DNA from: a virus | IMG/VR virus record: IMGVR_UViG_3300045988_174038 | Span: 1-33,353 of that record | DNA length: 33,353 bases | Reading direction: 5' to 3' (one strand) | Shown: positions 25,217 through 32,134 of the stretch, piece after piece | Layout: each line of letters begins with the position of its first letter | How positions within the stretch are numbered: the stretch's first letter is position 1 | Translations under genes and position numbers: made by a program | The notes under the pieces: model-generated | What the model was told of the DNA's origin: nothing | What the model saw: only the letters and a program-made list of their open reading frames with translations | Databases searched by the model: none

Positions 25217-26053
25217 ATGATAAAATCTTTCGGGAAGTTGTCGGACAAGTTGCCATACTTGATAACATCGGCGGTAATATTGCTGTTGGCGGTAATGATG
25301 TTTGTCGTGCTAAATATCACGGTGGACTTCAAATCGCCACAGTTTTACGCCGAGTTGGGGTTTGGGTTGGTGTTGCAAATCATTATGATTGCAACGTGGA
25401 TACCGCAAGGAAAAGCCGACGGCTACAAAATACCCGAGGTTATACAAACGACCGAAGTAGCAAACAAGCGTATGGAAATAGCAAAAGACAAAACGAAATA
25501 CACGGAATTGGCGGAGTATTGCAAATTCGCCACCGCCGAAAATCGCCGAGCCTACGTTATCAACAAGTGCGCTAAAATGGGCGTTGACTACGAGCGTTGG
25601 CAAACCGACGAGGACTACCACAAGGAATTTGCGCACCCCGACCGCATACAAAGCCGTATATTGGGCATAGAACGCCGTTCGCACTCCGCTGTAAAACCTA
25701 TCAAAGACACCGAAATTACCGCCGTAACGTCCGTTAAACTCGTTTACGACATCAAAAATCACACAGGGCAAGAGGAGTTTTGGCGATTGTTCGCAAAAAT
25801 ACTGACTTCAATAGTGACATCGCTTGTCGGCTCGTTCTTTTTGTTTGAGAACGCAAAATTCTCGCTCAACGGCTTGATGAAGTTTGTGTATTGGGTGGCA
25901 ATCATCGGAATGACGATATTTTACTCCATACGCACAGGGCGTAGCCTTATCTCCGGCGCACACAAAGATTATTTGATACGTCTGATAGACTTTCTCGACC
26001 GCTACGAAGCGTGGCTGACTAAAAATGACAAAAAAACGTTGACAGTACAATAA
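25217..26053 (+). CDS. Membrane protein, 278 aa (2 + 2 TM helices flanking a soluble domain)
   Basis: Hydrophobic segments lie near the N-terminus (LITSAVILLLAVMMFVVL, LGFGLVLQIIMIATW) and the C-terminus (ILTSIVTSLVGSFFLF, FVYWVAIIGMTIFYSI). Confidence 0.65.
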   Translation: MIKSFGKLSDKLPYLITSAVILLLAVMMFVVLNITVDFKSPQFYAELGFGLVLQIIMIATWIPQGKADGYKIPEVIQTTEVANKRMEIAKDKTKYTELAEYCKFATAENRRAYVINKCAKMGVDYERWQTDEDYHKEFAHPDRIQSRILGIERRSHSAVKPIKDTEITAVTSVKLVYDIKNHTGQEEFWRLFAKILTSIVTSLVGSFFLFENAKFSLNGLMKFVYWVAIIGMTIFYSIRTGRSLISGAHKDYLIRLIDFLDRYEAWLTKNDKKTLTVQ

Positions 26054-26067
26054 ACAAGTGTTATTAT
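26039..26067 (+). promoter_or_regulatory. Candidate promoter (TTGACA-17-TGtTATTAT) overlapping the last codons of the late operon
   Basis: TTGACA 26039-26044, TG 26059-26060, TATTAT 26062-26067. An A-rich stretch lies upstream (aaaaatgacaaaaaaacg). Confidence 0.5.
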
Positions 26068-26073
26068 ATTAGC

Positions 26074-26167
26074 GTGAAACCTTACTCTTTGCTATGTTTC
26101 ACTTCAATATTTCTCCTTCTGTATTTGTTAATACGGCAATTAAGCACTCGCCAAGGGGTGCTTTTTT
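26074..26167 (+). ncRNA. Candidate ~95-nt small RNA (or 3'UTR-derived RNA) with an anti-Shine-Dalgarno stretch
   Basis: It is bounded by the candidate promoter and the intrinsic terminator. A 5' hairpin pairs GTGAAAC 26074-26080 with GTTTCAC 26096-26102. An unpaired TTCAATATTTCTCCTT lies at 26103-26118. No ORF is present. Confidence 0.35.
26143..26167 (+). terminator. Rho-independent terminator ending the late operon
   Basis: Stem AGCACTC 26143-26149 pairs with GGGTGCT 26156-26162 (one G-U), with a 6-nt loop. The T6 run is at 26162-26167. Confidence 0.8.
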
Positions 26168-26223
26168 GTTGCAATTTTCCCGAAAAAATTTACAAAAATT
26201 TATAAAAAAATGTTAAAAAAAAG

Positions 26224-26252
26224 TTGACATTTGCCGACGGAAGGCGTATAAT
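26224..26252 (+). promoter_or_regulatory. Promoter P3 (TTGACA-17-TATAAT) with phased A-tracts
   Basis: TTGACA 26224-26229 and TATAAT 26247-26252. A-tracts start at 26183, 26194, 26204 and 26215 (10-11 nt spacing). Confidence 0.8.
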
Positions 26253-26284
26253 CTACTTGTAAAATACGAAAAGGAGATCACGAA

Positions 26285-26494
26285 ATGCCCCAAATACCAA
26301 ACCGCAAAGAATTTTTAGACTTTTACATCAAATTGAACGAAAAGCAAAAGAAAGAAATATTTACCGACGAGCAAATTGTCATATTTGACAATATGGTAAC
26401 GCTCGAAAAGATGTTTAACGACCCTGCGTTTTTCTACGCTGTACAGTCGGCGGTTGCCGAGGCGGTGTACGAAGATTTTAGAAATCAAAAATAA
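26285..26494 (+). CDS. Hypothetical early protein, 69 aa
   Basis: ATG 26285 follows AAAGGAG. It is the first gene after P3. Confidence 0.7.
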   Translation: MPQIPNRKEFLDFYIKLNEKQKKEIFTDEQIVIFDNMVTLEKMFNDPAFFYAVQSAVAEAVYEDFRNQK

Positions 26495-26534
26495 ACCGCT
26501 CCGCACGGTAATTGCGGAAAAGGAGAATTTGATA

Positions 26535-26708
26535 ATGGACATTTACAACTATCTAGGCACGCTGAACCACTTAAAAACGAACAGCGACAATCGAAACGCA
26601 ATCAACGCCTATTGGCAAATGGGATGTTGGGCGTTTGGCAAAGACAACCTCGTAAAAGCGGCAATAGCAATCGACGAGTACGACACAGTAAAGGAGTTTA
26701 TAAGATGA
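26535..26708 (+). CDS. Hypothetical protein, 57 aa
   Basis: ATG 26535 follows AAAGGAG. It is the internal start of track ORF 26454-26708. Confidence 0.6.
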   Translation: MDIYNYLGTLNHLKTNSDNRNAINAYWQMGCWAFGKDNLVKAAIAIDEYDTVKEFIR

Positions 26709-27085
26709 CAGAATACGAAGAAGTGGCAAAGTTGATTTACAAGAAACGCTCGTATTTATCTAGGACGAGGAAAAAGGAAACGGCGGAACGCCTAGAAGCG
26801 GAAATTGCGGAACTAATGGCAAAGAAAAACGCATTGCCGAAACTTGAACACGGGAAAATTCAAAGCCACATACGCAATTACCAAAAGCCGACACCTGCGC
26901 CACCGTTTAGAATATACGTCAACGAGATGTCCGATGTAATGCGTTTTGTGCCGACGGCGTATCTGTTTATAAAGTCGAACGGAAGTTTTAACGGAAGTAC
27001 GAGTTGGCACTACGACCGTGGCGGACAGCTTGACGGTGACGGCTACCGTACAACAAAAGTTGCAAGCCGTAGAACATGCGATTAA
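26705..27085 (+). CDS. Hypothetical protein, 126 aa
   Basis: ATG 26705 (ATGA overlap). It is the internal start of track ORF 26612-27085. Confidence 0.65.
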   Translation: MTEYEEVAKLIYKKRSYLSRTRKKETAERLEAEIAELMAKKNALPKLEHGKIQSHIRNYQKPTPAPPFRIYVNEMSDVMRFVPTAYLFIKSNGSFNGSTSWHYDRGGQLDGDGYRTTKVASRRTCD

Positions 27086-27098
27086 AGGGGGTGAAGAA

Positions 27099-27278
27099 AT
27101 GGAAACACTACGAGATAAAATGATAGCGTGGCGAGCTAAAAACGGCGTAACGCTAGAAGAGCTAGCACAGCGTTGCGGACTTACTTATGTAACCGTACAG
27201 CGCATTGAGAGCGGAAAAGGACATCCGACGAGAACGACCGTAGCCAAGATTTTGACGGTAATAAACAAGAAAAAATAA
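27099..27278 (+). CDS. XRE-family helix-turn-helix transcriptional regulator, 59 aa
   Basis: METLRDKMIAWRAKNGVTLEELAQRCGLTYVTVQRIESGKGHPTRTTVAKIL is a classic Cro/C1-type HTH pattern. RBS AAAGGGGGTG. Confidence 0.75.
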   Translation: METLRDKMIAWRAKNGVTLEELAQRCGLTYVTVQRIESGKGHPTRTTVAKILTVINKKK

Positions 27279-27301
27279 AAATCAAAGGAGAATTATTGAA
27301 A

Positions 27302-27997
27302 ATGGCAAGATTTAACGAGAAAACGCAAGAAGGCAACCTGCCCGTAGTCAACACGGCGAAGTACAACGAAAGCAAAGCGAAAGCAATCGAAATGATTGAT
27401 AGTAAAAAGTACGGCTTGACCGACGGCGACTTTTGGATATTGATGAACCAAACGAAAGCAAAAGACAAAATGCTTTACACAGGCTTGATTATAAGCCACA
27501 ACGGTTGTTTGAAAGTCAACGATACGTTGGAAACAAAATTCAAGCCCGAGTGCGTAACAGTCAATCAGAACGGCTACAAAAATAGTCTTGTATTTACGTA
27601 CTGTTGCCCCGAACAAGGCGTGTACGAAGTCGGCGAAGTCAGCGCAACAAACTGCAAAAACGAATATCCCTACGCAATGGCGTTTAAGCGTTTGTTTGAC
27701 CGTGTGGTACTCAAACTTAGCAAGCTTGCGTATTCGGGCATTTACTCCGAAGTCGAAGCTGACGAGTTTGAGGAACAAAAACCCGACACGCCGACGGAAC
27801 GCAAAGCTACCGAAGAACAAATACAACTCGCAGTTACGTGCGGTGTAGATTTTGAACGAGTTATAGGCGCATACAATCGCCAAAACGGCACAAAAATAAC
27901 AGCCCCACTAGATTTGCCGTATGACATCGTAAACAGAGCTATACTCAAAAAACAAAGCGCAAAAGTCGCTACCGAAGCGCAAGAGGTGTTCAAATGA
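27302..27997 (+). CDS. Recombination-module protein, 231 aa; possible single-strand annealing protein (uncertain)
   Basis: It lies immediately upstream of the exonuclease gene. The segment ..NEYPYAMAFKRLFDRVVLKLSKL.. resembles the conserved helix of Rad52/Sak-type or ERF-type annealases. I could not assign the family by eye. Confidence 0.45.
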   Translation: MARFNEKTQEGNLPVVNTAKYNESKAKAIEMIDSKKYGLTDGDFWILMNQTKAKDKMLYTGLIISHNGCLKVNDTLETKFKPECVTVNQNGYKNSLVFTYCCPEQGVYEVGEVSATNCKNEYPYAMAFKRLFDRVVLKLSKLAYSGIYSEVEADEFEEQKPDTPTERKATEEQIQLAVTCGVDFERVIGAYNRQNGTKITAPLDLPYDIVNRAILKKQSAKVATEAQEVFK

Positions 27998-28908
27998 TTA
28001 TACTTGACAAAGACACGCACACGTACTACGTAGACGGCAAAGAGGCAAATACAAGCGTAACACGGATGTTGCACGAGCAAGGACTTGCGCCCGACTATTC
28101 GGGCGTGAGCCAAGCGGTGCTAAACGCCAAAGCGGAACGAGGAACGAACTATCACGAAGAAATCGAAAAGATTGTCAACGACGGTGCGGAACCCGTCAGC
28201 CACTACGGCGAACTATTCAAGAAATGGTACGACGAACACGTACAGACGGCGATTGCGGAAAAGGCATTTGCTTATAGCAAGAACGGCTATATTATTTGCG
28301 GTAGCGTTGACCTACACGGTACGCTAAAAGGCACGTTAGAACCGTTTGTTGCTGACTTCAAATTCACGGCGACTTGCCCGAGAGACTACGTGACGTGGCA
28401 AACGAGCGTGTACGACCTAATGATTGAGAACACATACGAACATTGGGCGACGGCGCAGTTGTTTTGCTTGCACTTCAACAAGGGCAAAATGAAAGTTTAC
28501 GAACTCGACCATAAGCCGAACGCCGAAGTGCAAGAGTTGCTCGACCGAGAGTGCGACGGTGACTACTATATAACGCCGACACTTGCCCCACAAGACGGAA
28601 ATCTACCGCAACAATGGGAAAATGCGGAACTCGCACTAATCGCCTTACAAGCGCAAATGAAAGCGCAAGAGGAACAGTGCAAAGCGTTTCGGGCGAAAAT
28701 GGCGGAAGCAATGGAAGAGCAAGGTATAGCGACTTACGACGGCGAACACGTCCGTATCAGCTATATTGCGCAACACCCTACCGACCGAGTGGACACGGCG
28801 AAACTTAGGGAAGAATATCCCGAAGTTTACGAAAACTGTATAAAAACTACACTTACGAAAGCAAGCGTAAGAATAACGGTGAAGAAGAATGACACAAATC
28901 AAGATTAA
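27994..28908 (+). CDS. PD-(D/E)XK (Cas4/RecB-like) exonuclease with a coiled-coil C-terminal region
   Basis: The N-terminus ..DKDTHTYYVDGKEANTSVTRML...GTNYHEEIE...VDLHGT...ADFKFT.. follows the phage PD-(D/E)XK exonuclease motif order. The C-terminal half is helical. Confidence 0.7.
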   Translation: MIILDKDTHTYYVDGKEANTSVTRMLHEQGLAPDYSGVSQAVLNAKAERGTNYHEEIEKIVNDGAEPVSHYGELFKKWYDEHVQTAIAEKAFAYSKNGYIICGSVDLHGTLKGTLEPFVADFKFTATCPRDYVTWQTSVYDLMIENTYEHWATAQLFCLHFNKGKMKVYELDHKPNAEVQELLDRECDGDYYITPTLAPQDGNLPQQWENAELALIALQAQMKAQEEQCKAFRAKMAEAMEEQGIATYDGEHVRISYIAQHPTDRVDTAKLREEYPEVYENCIKTTLTKASVRITVKKNDTNQD

Positions 28909-29440
28909 CGACATCGGACTGTTTAAGACGTTTGACGGCACGTGGCAAATGAGTTTGCTAGTCGACGATAAATCTATCACGACGGCGCAAAAAGCCGTCG
29001 ACAACGCAAAAGAACGGCTCACAAACGGCAAGGATGTCGGAGTTGAGGTCGATAGGCTTAAAAAACCTAGAAGTATGAACGCAAACGCCTACTTTCACGT
29101 TTTGTGCGATAAGATTGCCGAAAAACTCGGAAGTACGCTTGACGACGTAAAGACACGGCTTGTTGTAACGTACGGTACGCCGCTTTATTCGGTAACGATA
29201 CCCGAAACAGCCGACATCGGCGACTTTTGGCGGTATTACCGTTGGATAGGAACGGCGGACGGTAAATGCACTTATTTGCTGTACAAGCAAACGCACACGC
29301 TAGACACAAAGGAAATGTCAAGGCTGATTGACGGCACGGTGAGCGACGCTAAATCGTTAAACATCGAAACAAAGACACCGCAAGAGATTGCGGAAATGAA
29401 ATTACATTGGGAGACAGAATATGGAAAATGCAGTGAGTAA
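28889..29440 (+). CDS. Phage recombination or replication accessory protein, 183 aa (NinB-like RS..N.Y.H motif; tentative)
   Basis: The segment ..KKPRSMNANAYFHVLCDKIAEKLG.. resembles the R-S-x-x-Q/N-N motif of NinB/Orf-like and related phage nuclease-like families. Confidence 0.4.
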   Translation: MTQIKINDIGLFKTFDGTWQMSLLVDDKSITTAQKAVDNAKERLTNGKDVGVEVDRLKKPRSMNANAYFHVLCDKIAEKLGSTLDDVKTRLVVTYGTPLYSVTIPETADIGDFWRYYRWIGTADGKCTYLLYKQTHTLDTKEMSRLIDGTVSDAKSLNIETKTPQEIAEMKLHWETEYGKCSE

Positions 29441-29660
29441 TCAAAATCAACAAGTAGAACAACATCTCAAAACATATGGAAGTATAACGAGTTGGGAAGC
29501 GTTCGAGTTGTATGGAATAACAAGGCTATCGGCGAGAATTTACGACTTGCGCCGTGAAAACGAGATAATGTCTAAGCCGATGTCGACGACAAATCGTTTC
29601 GGAAATACCGTGAACTACGTCAAGTACGTTTATATGGGGGCAAAATATGCCGAAGTATAA
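29421..29660 (+). CDS. Small winged-helix/HTH DNA-binding protein, 79 aa
   Basis: The segment ..HLKTYGSITSWEAFELYGITRLSARIYDLRRENEI.. is the typical pattern of a common phage HTH family (G.IT..EA...GI.RL.ARI.DLR). Confidence 0.6.
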   Translation: MENAVSNQNQQVEQHLKTYGSITSWEAFELYGITRLSARIYDLRRENEIMSKPMSTTNRFGNTVNYVKYVYMGAKYAEV

Positions 29661-29961
29661 ACAAAGCATACTACAAAGCGATTACTCCGCTTGCTACTTA
29701 TGTGGCAAGTCGGGGTGGCTTGAATGTCATCACATCTTCGGCAAGTATCAGCGGAATTTATCATCGGAACAAGGCTTTACGGTCTTTCTATGCCACAATT
29801 GCCACAACGAACGCCCGAACGGCGTACATTTTAACCGAGAAGTTGACCGCCGACTAAAAGCGGAATGTCAGCGCAAGTATCTTGAAGCGCACACAATGGA
29901 CGAGTGGATGTCGCTCGCCGGAAGAAACTACATCGAAACGGAAACATTAACGGAGGTATAA
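29647..29961 (+). CDS. Zinc-binding HNH-like phage protein, 104 aa
   Basis: CYLCG...ECHHIFGKYQRNLSSEQGFTVFLCHNCHN..GVH: paired Cys/His motifs typical of small phage HNH/zinc-finger proteins. Confidence 0.6.
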   Translation: MPKYKQSILQSDYSACYLCGKSGWLECHHIFGKYQRNLSSEQGFTVFLCHNCHNERPNGVHFNREVDRRLKAECQRKYLEAHTMDEWMSLAGRNYIETETLTEV

Positions 29962-29962
29962 T

Positions 29963-30340
29963 ATGAACAACATTATAATCAGCGGTAGACTTACACGTGA
30001 CCCCGAAACGGCGGCACTTCAAAACGGCAACAAATACAGCAAATTCAGTTTGGCAGTTGACCGTCCGTATCAAAAAGACAAAACAGACTTCATTGATGTC
30101 ATAGCGTGGAACAAAACGGCGGAACTCGTGGAACGTTACCTCATAAAGGGCAGGCAAGTAATTGTGCAAGGCTCGCTACAAATCGACACCTACGAAAGAG
30201 ACGGCGTAAAACGTACCAAGGCGGTTGTCCGTGCCGAGCGTGTTGAGTTTATCGGGGGCAACCCAAACACGGCGCAAAATCAAAATGACGGCGTTAAACC
30301 GACACTTACGCCGACCGAAGACGATGATTGTCCATTCTAA
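29963..30340 (+). CDS. ssb: Single-stranded DNA-binding protein
   Basis: The OB-fold N-terminus MNNIIISGRLTRDPE....FIDVIAWNKTAE....GRQVIVQGSLQ, and an acidic C-terminal tip ..TEDDDCPF resembling the canonical DDDIPF tail. Confidence 0.9.
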   Translation: MNNIIISGRLTRDPETAALQNGNKYSKFSLAVDRPYQKDKTDFIDVIAWNKTAELVERYLIKGRQVIVQGSLQIDTYERDGVKRTKAVVRAERVEFIGGNPNTAQNQNDGVKPTLTPTEDDDCPF

Positions 30341-30351
30341 GAGGTGCGGAG

Positions 30352-30921
30352 ATGGACTACAAACAACGGTACGCCATATTGGCGAGCAACAAAAAGAAAC
30401 TTTTGAAACTGTTTCCGACACTTACGGACGACAGCGGAATATATGTGCTAACGAGAGAAGAAGACGGTATCAAGTACGCATACGTGGGGCAATCAATACA
30501 TTGTTTGTCACGGCTTGCGGAACACCTTGTAGGGTATCAACACATCGATTTATCAATCAAAAAACACGGACTATTTACGATCGACAACCCGACGGGGTAT
30601 ACAATAGCGCAAATCTATTGTCCCGTCGAAAAGCTCGACGAAATGGAACAAGTCTACATCCTCACTTGCGCAAACCGTGGGTATCAGTTGCGAAATCACA
30701 CCACAGGCTCGCAAGGGGTCGGGAAAAAGGGCGTAAATCAAAAACCGAGCCGTGGCTACTACGACGGCAAACAGCAAGGACAAGCGGACATCATAAAGGA
30801 ACTACAACGGCTAATGAAGTACGTGGACGTTGCGCCGAAAGGTGGCAAGTTGTCTGAGCGGATGTATCAAAAATTTATTGCGACTATTTATCCCAAAGGC
30901 ATTGACAATTGCGAAGAATAG
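30352..30921 (+). CDS. GIY-YIG domain nuclease
   Basis: SGIYVLTREEDGIKYAYVGQS...RLAEH reads as the GIY / YVG / R..EH motifs of GIY-YIG nucleases. ATG 30352 follows GAGGTG. Confidence 0.8.
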   Translation: MDYKQRYAILASNKKKLLKLFPTLTDDSGIYVLTREEDGIKYAYVGQSIHCLSRLAEHLVGYQHIDLSIKKHGLFTIDNPTGYTIAQIYCPVEKLDEMEQVYILTCANRGYQLRNHTTGSQGVGKKGVNQKPSRGYYDGKQQGQADIIKELQRLMKYVDVAPKGGKLSERMYQKFIATIYPKGIDNCEE

Positions 30922-30930
30922 GCGTATAAT
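30902..30930 (+). promoter_or_regulatory. Promoter P4 (TTGACA-17-TATAAT) inside the 3' end of the GIY-YIG gene
   Basis: TTGACA 30902-30907 and TATAAT 30925-30930. Confidence 0.75.
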
Positions 30931-30937
30931 GTAAGGG

Positions 30938-30986
30938 AAGATTGAGTTTGTGGTCGAGGCAAATTCAGTCCACACAACTTAATCTT
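30938..30986 (+). promoter_or_regulatory. Long leader hairpin A (16 bp, one bulge, one G-U)
   Basis: AAGATTGAGTTTGTGG 30938-30953 pairs with CCACACAACTTAATCTT 30970-30986. The loop is 16 nt. It begins at about the predicted +1 of P4. Confidence 0.6.
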
Positions 30987-30996
30987 TAACATTACA

Positions 30997-31043
30997 GCGA
31001 TTTGCGAAAGGTGCTCGACCCACTGAGTAGCAAGTCGCTTTTT
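30997..31043 (+). terminator. Terminator-like hairpin + T5 in the P4 leader, 20 nt upstream of the replisome-organiser start codon
   Basis: GCGATTTGC 30997-31005 pairs with GCAAGTCGC 31030-31038 (9 bp, one G-U). TTTTT is at 31039-31043, followed by the SD GAGGTG and ATG 31064. Confidence 0.55.
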
Positions 31044-31063
31044 GTTACCTATGCGAGGTGAAA

Positions 31064-31783
31064 ATGGAACAACAAAGAGAATTTAAGGGAGTTTGGATAG
31101 ATAGGGTAATATGGCTCGATGAAAGGTTGAGCGCATTGGACAAGTGTATCTTTGCCGAAATAGACAGCTACTCATTAAACGAAAAAGGGTGTTATGCAAC
31201 AAACAAATACCTTGCGGAGTTTTGCCAATGTAGTGAAAGTCAAATATCAAAGAGTGTTTCAAAGCTAATAAAATACGGCTACTTGCAATGTTTATCTTTT
31301 GACGGTCGACAACGAGTTTTGCAAAGCAGAGTAGTAAATTTTACAAGGCAGGGTAGTAAATTTTACGAGGCAGACTGGCAAAATTTAGGACAAACTAACA
31401 AAATAGATAAACAAAATAAAAAAGAAAGTATATATATAGGTCAAGTTGCGGAAATTATTGCGTATTTGAACGACAAGTTGCATACAAAGTACTCGGCGAA
31501 ATCAGCGGCTAATGTCAGACTAATAATGGCAAGGCTGAAAGACGGATATACGGTGACGGACTTCAAAACGGTAATTGACAAGAAATACAGCGAGTGGAAT
31601 GGAACGGAATTTGCGGCGTACTTGCGTCCTCAAACGTTATTCGGAACAAAATTCGACAGTTACCTAAATGCTCCGATACGCAAGAAAACGCAAAGCAAGA
31701 CAAATGCGGTCGGTGGCGTAGAGATAGAACGGCGACAATACAGCGACGACGAAATGAACGGACTGTTTACCGACCTAGATTAA
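31064..31783 (+). CDS. Replisome organiser / replication initiator (N-terminal HTH + conserved phage C-terminal domain, Phg_2220_C-like)
   Basis: The C-terminal IIAYLNDKLHTKYSAKSAANVRLIMARLKDGYTVTDFKTVIDKKYSEWNGTEFAAYLRPQTLFGTKFDSYLN matches the conserved phage replication-protein C-terminus. The N-terminus has a DnaD/HTH-like segment. Confidence 0.85.
   Translation: MEQQREFKGVWIDRVIWLDERLSALDKCIFAEIDSYSLNEKGCYATNKYLAEFCQCSESQISKSVSKLIKYGYLQCLSFDGRQRVLQSRVVNFTRQGSKFYEADWQNLGQTNKIDKQNKKESIYIGQVAEIIAYLNDKLHTKYSAKSAANVRLIMARLKDGYTVTDFKTVIDKKYSEWNGTEFAAYLRPQTLFGTKFDSYLNAPIRKKTQSKTNAVGGVEIERRQYSDDEMNGLFTDLD
31327..31392 (+). repeat. Iterons: two 22-bp tandem repeats (20/22 identical) plus a degenerate third, followed by an AT-rich tract (31393-31440); candidate origin
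   Basis: cagagtagtaaattttacaagg (31327-31348), cagggtagtaaattttacgagg (31349-31370), cagactggcaaaatttaggaca (31371-31392). Then comes aactaacaaaatagataaacaaaataaaaaagaaagtatatatata. Confidence 0.65.
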
Positions 31784-31793
31784 AAGGAGTTTT

Positions 31794-32120
31794 ATGGATA
31801 GAAAAATATTCTATGCGCCGTCAACGATAAAAGCATTGTGCGAAAAGTTGATTGGGCGACTTAGCGAGTACGAAATTTTAGACATCGAAGAAGGTCTGAC
31901 CCGAATGGCGATAGGTGCTATTGAAAAGAAAGAAATATGTCTAAGAATGAGTGATTTCGTCCATCGAAATGCGAGAACCTTTTTCGTGAGTTTGGAATGG
32001 GACATTTGCGAAAATTACGATTATTATGTTATCGGTGGAGAAGTGCGAGAACTAACGATAACAAAAGACGGAAGAGTTAAAAATGAACAACTTTGTCAAG
32101 TTGGGTATCTGAGAAAATAA
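31794..32120 (+). CDS. Hypothetical protein, 108 aa
   Basis: ATG 31794 follows AAAGGAG. No family recognised. Confidence 0.65.
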   Translation: MDRKIFYAPSTIKALCEKLIGRLSEYEILDIEEGLTRMAIGAIEKKEICLRMSDFVHRNARTFFVSLEWDICENYDYYVIGGEVRELTITKDGRVKNEQLCQVGYLRK

Positions 32121-32134
32121 GAGAAGGTGATACT

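Noticed and set aside
239-25771. Other minus-strand track ORFs (for example 239-667, 2701-3225, 6875-7465, 10213-10662, 14144-14602, 17377-18021, 18558-18971, 24150-24707, 25310-25771, 27293-27883)
   Set aside because: All are antisense to convincing + strand genes. They lack SD sequences and have Ser/Cys/Arg-rich low-complexity translations. No promoter or terminator is oriented for the minus strand.
26082-26102. Minus-strand SD (GAAGGAGAA) followed by a 6-codon ORF (GTG AAA CAT AGC AAA GAG TAA)
   Set aside because: The ORF is far too short and no minus-strand promoter was recognised. I kept it only as an alternative explanation (a vestigial gene start) for the anti-SD sequence in the candidate sRNA.
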